64,000 nucleotides of DNA from Candidatus Fermentithermobacillaceae bacterium (GTDB taxonomy: Bacteria > Bacillota > Sulfobacillia > Fermentithermobacillales > DUSS01): NCBI GenBank assembly GCA_020725645.1, contig DYEQ01000029.1, positions 43,109 to 107,108 on the forward strand, written 5' to 3'. Below the pieces are notes generated by a model, which worked only from the letters and a program-made list of their open reading frames with translations, was not told where the DNA came from and searched no databases. The position numbers were made by a program, and so were the translations under genes. Within the stretch, counting starts at the first letter, position 1, and the number at the start of each line of letters is the position of its first letter. Of this stretch, positions 57,878-64,000 are shown one piece after another.

Positions 57878-59266
57878 ATGGCTTTCGAATGGGCTAAGAC
57901 CGCCATAGGTGAAGCTGCTCTCCGACAGGGTCTGCGTTACCTGGCCGGAGATCCTGAGAAAAACCTGTTAAACCTGGCCAGGTGGGCCGAAGCGGTCGCC
58001 AGGGATGACAAGCACAAAGAGTACGCTAGAAACGCCCTTCGCGTTTTCTCGGAACCGGATAATCCCTGGCGCAAGTTGGCGCTGCGGATATTCCGGCAGG
58101 TTTCGCCGGCGGTCCGGGAGAAGCTCGGGGTGAACTTCTTTGTCCACGCTGGGATGCTGGGAATTCCCAAACAGAGGGAAATGGGGAAGAAGTACGGAAT
58201 CCACGTCCCCTGGGCGATGCTGATAGACCCGACAGGTCGGTGCAACCTTCGCTGCAGGGGGTGTTGGGCCGCGGAATACGATAGAAGTCTCGATATGGAC
58301 TATGCCACCCTGGACCGCGTCATCCGTGAGGCAGAAGACCTGGGCATTCACTTCATAGTAGTGTCGGGCGGCGAACCCACCGTAAGGATGGATGATCTCG
58401 TATCCCTGGCGGAAAAGCACGATGAGTCCGTTTTTCACGTGTTCACCAACGGTACCCTCATCGACGAAGCTGCCGCCAGGAAATTCGGGGAACTGGGCAA
58501 CGTAACGTTCGCCATAAGTGTCGACGGGTTTGAGGAGGCCACCGATACCCGAAGAGGGAAAGGGGTTTTCTCCCGAGTGATGCGGGCGATGGATAACCTC
58601 AAAAATGCAGGGGTCGTGTTCGGGTTCTCCGCGACGTACACCAGGGACAATACCGAAGAAGTGGGCAGCGACGCATTTATTGACTTTATGATCGACAAAG
58701 GCTGCGTACTCGGGTGGTATTTTACTTACGTGCCCGTCGGTGGCGGGCCCGATCTCGAGTACATGGCCACGGTCGACCAAAGAATGTTCATGTATAACCA
58801 GGTGCGCAGGTGGCGACAGGAAAAGCCGGTTTTCGTGATAGACTTCTGGAACGACGGGGAACTTGCAGGTGGATGCATCGCTGGGGGAAGAAACTACTTC
58901 CATATCAACGCCATGGGGGATGTGGAACCCTGCGCCTTCGTACACTACGCCAACGTGAATATCAAGAATACAAGTCTCGTGGAAGCTCTCGGGTGTCCGC
59001 TGTTTCGCTCCTACCAAGACCGTCAGCCGTTTAATCACAATCTGATGAGACCCTGTCCCATCATTGATAACCCGTGGGCGCTGGAAGAGATCGTGACCTC
59101 AACCGGTGCTTACTCCACTCAAAACAACCGGATTTCCACGGCGGACCTTTGCAGGCCGCTTCACTCTTACGCGCGTGCGTGGGGCGAGAAGACGGACCCC
59201 ATCTGGTTCGAGAGGCATCCGGCGGAAGCTGCGGCGACGCGGTCTTGCGATGATGGGGAGAAGTAA
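57878..59266 (+). CDS. Radical SAM/SPASM domain enzyme with a ~95-aa helical N-terminal extension
   Basis: CNLRCRGC (CxxxCxxC), the GGEP-like VVSGGEPT, and a C-terminal SPASM twin-cysteine region (GGCIAGGRNYFHINAMGDVEPCAFV...CP...RPCP). ATG 57878 after ACGGAGGTG; the ORF as listed opens at 57779. Confidence 0.8.
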   Translation: MAFEWAKTAIGEAALRQGLRYLAGDPEKNLLNLARWAEAVARDDKHKEYARNALRVFSEPDNPWRKLALRIFRQVSPAVREKLGVNFFVHAGMLGIPKQREMGKKYGIHVPWAMLIDPTGRCNLRCRGCWAAEYDRSLDMDYATLDRVIREAEDLGIHFIVVSGGEPTVRMDDLVSLAEKHDESVFHVFTNGTLIDEAAARKFGELGNVTFAISVDGFEEATDTRRGKGVFSRVMRAMDNLKNAGVVFGFSATYTRDNTEEVGSDAFIDFMIDKGCVLGWYFTYVPVGGGPDLEYMATVDQRMFMYNQVRRWRQEKPVFVIDFWNDGELAGGCIAGGRNYFHINAMGDVEPCAFVHYANVNIKNTSLVEALGCPLFRSYQDRQPFNHNLMRPCPIIDNPWALEEIVTSTGAYSTQNNRISTADLCRPLHSYARAWGEKTDPIWFERHPAEAAATRSCDDGEK

Positions 59267-59308
59267 AGCTCGAGTAAGGTAATCAGTGGGAGCTGGGGAT
59301 AGAAGAAC

Positions 59309-61216
59309 CTACCGGGACACCGTGAAAGGAAATCCCGTTGAAATCCCCAGCTCCTTCAGTTTTTGATAGAAGGTAGTGCGGGAAATGCCGAGAATTCTCA
59401 CGGCCTCTGAGAAGTTCCCGTGGGAAAACTCTATAGCTTGGAGTATTGCGTTTCTCTCCGCCTCTTTACGCGCCTCGTCGAGGGTGACCGGTAAGCGTTT
59501 GGGTATGGAAACCGGCGGGGAGTGTTCATCCGGGCAGATGTCGGGCGGAAGGTGACCCAAGTCTATGAATCCGTCTTCCGCCAGGGCGCAAGCTCTCTCC
59601 AGTACGTTCTCGAGCTCGCGGACGTTTCCGGGCCAGTCGTGGGAAAGAAGTGCTGTGAGGCACTTCTGGGTGATGTTGAAGTCTTTACGGTACATGGCGG
59701 AAAAGGTCCAGAGGAAGACCTCGACGAGCTCGAGTATATCCTCGGGCCTTTCCCGTAAAGGAGGCACCCAAATGGGGAAGACGTTGAGCCGGTAATAAAG
59801 GTCGCGCCTGAATTTCCCCTCCTGAACTAGCTCCTTGAGGTCTTGGTTTGTAGCGGCGATGATCCTCACATCCACTTTGATGTTGCGAGAGCTACCCAAG
59901 GGTTGGATAACTCCTTCCTCGATGGCGTGTAGGAGTTTGGCCTGGCACGCCAGATCGAGGTCAGCCACCTCGTCCAGGAGGAGAGTGCCTTCGTGAGCTT
60001 CCTGGAACTTTCCTTTCTTTCCGGTCTTGAGAGCGCCGGTAAAGGCGCCTCCCGCGTAGCCGAAGAGTTCGCTTTCCATGAGGTTGGGAGGAACGGCGGC
60101 GCAGTTCACCACCACAAAGGGCTTTCCGCGCCGGGGAGAAGCATCGTGGATAGCTCGGGCCAGCACGCTCTTGCCCGTGCCGCTTTCCCCTAGAAGAAGC
60201 ACATTGGATCGGAGATATGCAGCTTTCTCGGCAAGCGCCACGCATTCCCTGATGGCCTTGCTCCGCCCGACTATGCCTGCGAAAGCAGGGTTCGACGACG
60301 CTGACTTACCCAGCCGCATGCGAAGAAACGAGGCGTACTTGGAGGCGGCGTCGGCCCGGCTGGAAAGAGCGGTCACCTCGAGGATGTCGTCCAGGATGAT
60401 GACGGCGTATTCCGGTTTCGGCCCTTCTCCTACCGGCAGGATCGAGTAGCGCATTGGAATGCCGTTTACGTGAGCTTCATGAGGACCAAACCTCGTCCTG
60501 AGTCCGGATAACGCCTGGGCGATTGCCGCGGTATCGAGGCCCTCAGGGCAAATCTTCCAGATGGCCTCGCCCGTTATGTCCATGGACTCCTTGCCCGGAT
60601 GTTTGGCCCTGTACTTCGAGCCCATGAGGATGCTGCGGACATCCTCCCGGCGCGGAGTGTATCCGAGAGTTTGGTAGAACCTCACTTCGAGGGTCTCCGG
60701 ATCGACGATCACCATGTGTCCGACTGCAACCTGGTATTCAAAGGAAAACGCTTGGTCATCGATGCCGGCTGACGCAAGCCTGTCCGGCTCGGAAAGCTTA
60801 ACCCAGAGCTTGTGGGTCTTTCCGTCTTTTCCTGGCCAGAGCCGGTAAAGGGCCAGAGGATCTTTAGGAGGTTCGTGCCGGACAGCTATAGAACCGTTCC
60901 CCGGCATGCCTTTGTATATCCCTATCAGAACGAAAGCGTCACCGACCTTCACGAGGTCGGAGCGGACGCCGAGTAGTTTGAGATCCTTCGGGGTAAGACC
61001 TCCGTCGTCCAGGCCAAGGCAGCTGTCGGCGATCAGCACTATGTCGCCTTCCCGGATCCGGCCCTCAGGGTGACCCGGACCCACGCTTTCACCGAGTCCG
61101 AGGAGGGCTTTGGCCCTTCGATTCGAGAACACCACAACGCCAGTTCGGTCCACGATGATCACGCCTTCGCGCATGAGGTCGAAGGACCGGTTTAGTAGGT
61201 ACTCAGGGAGTTGCAT
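59309..61216 (-). CDS. Sigma-54-dependent transcriptional activator (enhancer-binding protein) with an N-terminal PAS-like sensor
   Basis: AAA+ sigma-54 interaction domain ([28 protein letters not shown] motif) and a C-terminal Fis-type HTH ([21 protein letters not shown]). Confidence 0.9.
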   Translation of the reverse strand: MQLPEYLLNRSFDLMREGVIIVDRTGVVVFSNRRAKALLGLGESVGPGHPEGRIREGDIVLIADSCLGLDDGGLTPKDLKLLGVRSDLVKVGDAFVLIGIYKGMPGNGSIAVRHEPPKDPLALYRLWPGKDGKTHKLWVKLSEPDRLASAGIDDQAFSFEYQVAVGHMVIVDPETLEVRFYQTLGYTPRREDVRSILMGSKYRAKHPGKESMDITGEAIWKICPEGLDTAAIAQALSGLRTRFGPHEAHVNGIPMRYSILPVGEGPKPEYAVIILDDILEVTALSSRADAASKYASFLRMRLGKSASSNPAFAGIVGRSKAIRECVALAEKAAYLRSNVLLLGESGTGKSVLARAIHDASPRRGKPFVVVNCAAVPPNLMESELFGYAGGAFTGALKTGKKGKFQEAHEGTLLLDEVADLDLACQAKLLHAIEEGVIQPLGSSRNIKVDVRIIAATNQDLKELVQEGKFRRDLYYRLNVFPIWVPPLRERPEDILELVEVFLWTFSAMYRKDFNITQKCLTALLSHDWPGNVRELENVLERACALAEDGFIDLGHLPPDICPDEHSPPVSIPKRLPVTLDEARKEAERNAILQAIEFSHGNFSEAVRILGISRTTFYQKLKELGISTGFPFTVSR

Positions 61217-61577
61217 CTTTCACTCCTTATAGCTCCCGAATAGGCAATGAGTGAACACAGGTCGCAGGGTGCCTTCACCGCTTTCACCCGCATACGGGGT
61301 ATTTTCTATTCATTCGCCGAAACGCCGTCGATTCCTGCATCCTCAATACAAACATGGACTTACCACAAGGTGGACCTTTTCGGTCGGATGCGGAGGGACG
61401 TCGGGGAATCGGTGTTTACCATAGAGCGTTCCGGTTTGTCCTCCTTGCCCTGGATGCTCGATGCAAAATCCGACGTTGTCCAATGTTATATGCCGATACC
61501 CTCGCTACTGTCAGAAGGAAAAGACACTCATGCGTCGAAATAGCCATCCTAGACTGTCCATTGGGAGGGGTTAACAA

Positions 61578-62696
61578 ATGTCAAAGCAAGCGGTCAAGGT
61601 GTTGTCGGTACTTGTTCTCTTTGTGCTTCTCCTGGGTCTGGGGGGATGCACGGAGAAGACTCCAAAAGAGTTCAAAATCGGTGTGGTTACCGGAACGGTG
61701 TCTCAGGGTGAAGACGAGTACAGGGCGGCCGAAAGGGTAAAGGCGAAGTACGGCGACAGGATCATCCACGTGACCTATCCCGACAACTTCATGCAGGAGC
61801 AGGAAACCACCATCGCCCAGATAACCGGTCTAGCCGCTGACAAGTCGGTTAAGGCCATAGTGATCTGCCAGGCGGTTCCGGGCACCGCGGCGGCGATAGA
61901 CAAGATACGCCAGACCCGGAAGGATGTGCTCATCCTCGTTGGGGTACCTCACGAAGATCCCAAGATCATAGCGGAAAAGGCCAACCTCGCATTTGAGACG
62001 GACAACCTGGAGCGCGGGCGCACCATTGTAAGGCTGGCCAAGGAGATGGGAGCCAAGAAGTTCCTTCACTACTCGTTCCCGCGGCACATGTCCATGGAAC
62101 TCCTTGCCAGACGCAGGGATATAATGAGGGAAGAATGCGAGAAGCTGGGCATGGAGTTCATCTTTGTCACGGCGCCGGACCCGATGGGGCCCGAAGGCAT
62201 TCCCGGAGCTCAGAAGTTCATATTGGAGGACGTACCCCGGCAGGTGGCAGCTCACGGTAAGGATATCGCCGTTTTCTCCACGAACTGCGCGATGCAGGAA
62301 CCTCTGATCAAAGCTTGTCTTGAGACAGGCGCGATCTTCCCCGAGCAGTGTTGCCCCAGCCCGACCCACGGATATCCTGGAGCTCTCGAGATCGACGTTT
62401 CTGGAATGGCGGGGGACATGAGAGCTATCCTGGCAGCTATCGAACAGAAGATCGTAGCCAGGGGCAGAGCCGGAAGGTTTGCCACTTGGCCGGTTCCCAT
62501 CAACATGGTATTCATCGAGACCGCGGTCGAGCTTGCCTTTAAAGCAGTCGAAGGGAAGGTCAAACTCGACGACATGGAAGCCGTCAAGGCAGCCATGAGG
62601 GAAGTCGCCGGCGTTGACGTTCAGATGAAGAGGTACGAAGAAGGCAAAAACATGTACCTCGTGGTATCCGGATCGTACATCTTCGGAAAGAAGTAG
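61578..62696 (+). CDS. DUF3798 lipoprotein, ABC transporter substrate-binding-like
   Basis: Lipobox LLLGLGGCTEK and periplasmic-binding-protein type I fold. Immediately followed by an ABC ATPase gene and divergent from the sigma-54 activator. Confidence 0.65.
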   Translation: MSKQAVKVLSVLVLFVLLLGLGGCTEKTPKEFKIGVVTGTVSQGEDEYRAAERVKAKYGDRIIHVTYPDNFMQEQETTIAQITGLAADKSVKAIVICQAVPGTAAAIDKIRQTRKDVLILVGVPHEDPKIIAEKANLAFETDNLERGRTIVRLAKEMGAKKFLHYSFPRHMSMELLARRRDIMREECEKLGMEFIFVTAPDPMGPEGIPGAQKFILEDVPRQVAAHGKDIAVFSTNCAMQEPLIKACLETGAIFPEQCCPSPTHGYPGALEIDVSGMAGDMRAILAAIEQKIVARGRAGRFATWPVPINMVFIETAVELAFKAVEGKVKLDDMEAVKAAMREVAGVDVQMKRYEEGKNMYLVVSGSYIFGKK

Positions 62697-62783
62697 CTTC
62701 GCTCCCGGGAGATCGAACCGGGCGGGTAGACCACCCGCCCGGTTCAGTATGCCCCGATGCGTTGGAAAGGAGATGGGTAGCTT

Positions 62784-64000
62784 TTGCCATCGGCCGCGAC
62801 GGTGCTCGAAATGAAGGGGATTACCAAGGAGTTTTACGGTAACCCCGTCCTGAAAAGGGTAAACCTCGATGTGAAGCAAGGGGAAATTCACGGGCTCGTA
62901 GGGGAAAACGGGGCCGGAAAGACCACCCTGATGAACATTCTCTTCGGTATGCCTGTGATTCACGAGACAGGGGGGTTTTCCGGCCAAATCGTATTCGACG
63001 GCAAGGAGTTCCTGCCCCGGGAACCCCGGCAGGCGATGACGGCCGGCATCGGCATGGTTCACCAGGAGTTCATGCTCATCCCCGGGTTCTCAGTCACCGA
63101 GAACATAAAACTGAACCGGGAGATCACCAAACAAAACCTCCTGAGCAAACTCTTCTCCAGGAAGCTCGAGACTCTGGATATGACCACGATGGCCGCCCAT
63201 TCTAGAAAGGCCATCGATGCACTAGATTTCGAAGGCATCGACGAGTGGGCCTCCGTCGCGGGAATGCCAGTGGGCCACAAACAGTTTGTGGAAATCGCCC
63301 GGGAAATCGATAAAGAGAACGTAAGACTTCTCGTATTCGATGAGCCGACCGCTGTTTTGACCGAGTCCGAAGCGGCCATCCTGCTTGACGCTCTAAAACG
63401 GCTAGCTTTACGCGGAATCGGCATCCTCTTCATCAGCCACCGGTTGGACGAGGTGTTGGCCATCTGCGACAGGGTTACCGTCCTACGGGATGGGGAAGTC
63501 GTGGCGGAGAGGAAGGCTGGGGAAACGACCGTAATAGAACTGGCCGAGCTGATGGTAGGACGGAAGATGGACGGGCTCCGTAGCCTGGACGGGCCAAAAC
63601 TGCTCGAAGCAGGGGAAGATGTTCTCGTCGTGGAGAATCTCATAGTGAACATGCCTGGAGAAAGAGTGAAAGGAGTGAGTTTCACCGTAAAACGCGGGGA
63701 GATCCTGGGCATCGGAGGACTTGCCGGCCACGGCAAACTCGGGATAGCCAACGGAATCATGGGCCTTCAACCGGCGTCCGGTTCGGTAAGGTTCATGGGG
63801 AGGGAAATACGGCTGAACGATCCCGTCTCGGCATTGAGGGCTGGGCTCGCCTTCGTGTCCGAAGACCGTCGGAATATAGGTGTCCTCCTCGATGAAACAC
63901 TCGAGGACAACCTCGTGCTTACGGCCGTGCAGGTCCACGGACGGTTCTTGCGTAAGGCCGGACCGTTTACGATGAGGGATGCTGGAAGTATTTGGAGGCA
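62784..64000 (+). CDS. Sugar-type ABC transporter ATP-binding protein with two nucleotide-binding domains, 3'-truncated by the window edge
   Basis: Walker A GENGAGKTTLMNIL. A second nucleotide-binding domain starts near 63600 (LGIGGLAGHGKLG). TTG 62784 after AGGAGA; the frame runs off the window. Confidence 0.8.
   Translation, partial: MPSAATVLEMKGITKEFYGNPVLKRVNLDVKQGEIHGLVGENGAGKTTLMNILFGMPVIHETGGFSGQIVFDGKEFLPREPRQAMTAGIGMVHQEFMLIPGFSVTENIKLNREITKQNLLSKLFSRKLETLDMTTMAAHSRKAIDALDFEGIDEWASVAGMPVGHKQFVEIAREIDKENVRLLVFDEPTAVLTESEAAILLDALKRLALRGIGILFISHRLDEVLAICDRVTVLRDGEVVAERKAGETTVIELAELMVGRKMDGLRSLDGPKLLEAGEDVLVVENLIVNMPGERVKGVSFTVKRGEILGIGGLAGHGKLGIANGIMGLQPASGSVRFMGREIRLNDPVSALRAGLAFVSEDRRNIGVLLDETLEDNLVLTAVQVHGRFLRKAGPFTMRDAGSIWR

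Noticed and set aside
61451-61466. Sigma-54 -24/-12 promoter candidate TGGATGCTCGATGCA upstream of the DUF3798 gene
   Set aside because: The GG-to-GC spacing is one nucleotide shorter than the TGGCACG-N4-TTGC consensus, and the -24 lacks the conserved C. Too weak to call.
1-64000. CRISPR arrays, IS elements, prophage or integrase-associated islands
   Set aside because: No direct-repeat/spacer arrays, transposase or phage structural genes were seen. The only recombinase is the chromosomal xerC at its conserved position.

Overview
The window comes from a GC-rich (about 58-60%), spore-forming, flagellated Firmicute of Clostridia/Bacillus type; the ytfJ/gerW gene and the codY/sigD genes support this. 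The first ~41 kb runs on one strand and matches the Bacillus subtilis order dprA-topA-xerC(codV)-hslVU(clpQY)-codY-fla/che operon-sigD-rpsB-tsf-pyrH-frr-uppS-cdsA-dxr-rseP-polC. Differences from B. subtilis are: no trmFO; no flhF, flhG or che genes inside the operon; a PilZ gene between flhA and sigD; a DUF342/FapA-like gene where swrB would be; an AI-2E transporter inserted between cdsA and dxr; ispG instead of proS before polC; and a PolC that appears to lack the proofreading exonuclease insertion. The last ~23 kb is mixed-strand: an ECF S-component, two unusually long non-coding spacers flanking ytfJ, an ECF sigma/ZAS anti-sigma pair, glnRA with a textbook GlnR box, a patatin-like lipase, ddh, arcC, dac, a tRNA-Leu(CAG) next to a 5'-truncated mrp remnant, an HTH regulator plus radical SAM/SPASM enzyme, and a sigma-54 activator next to a DUF3798 ABC transporter. 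I saw no CRISPR array, transposase or phage genes. Strongest second-look items are the exo-less PolC, the topA start codon, the two spacers around ytfJ, the rSAM/SPASM locus and the heptamer tandem repeat.
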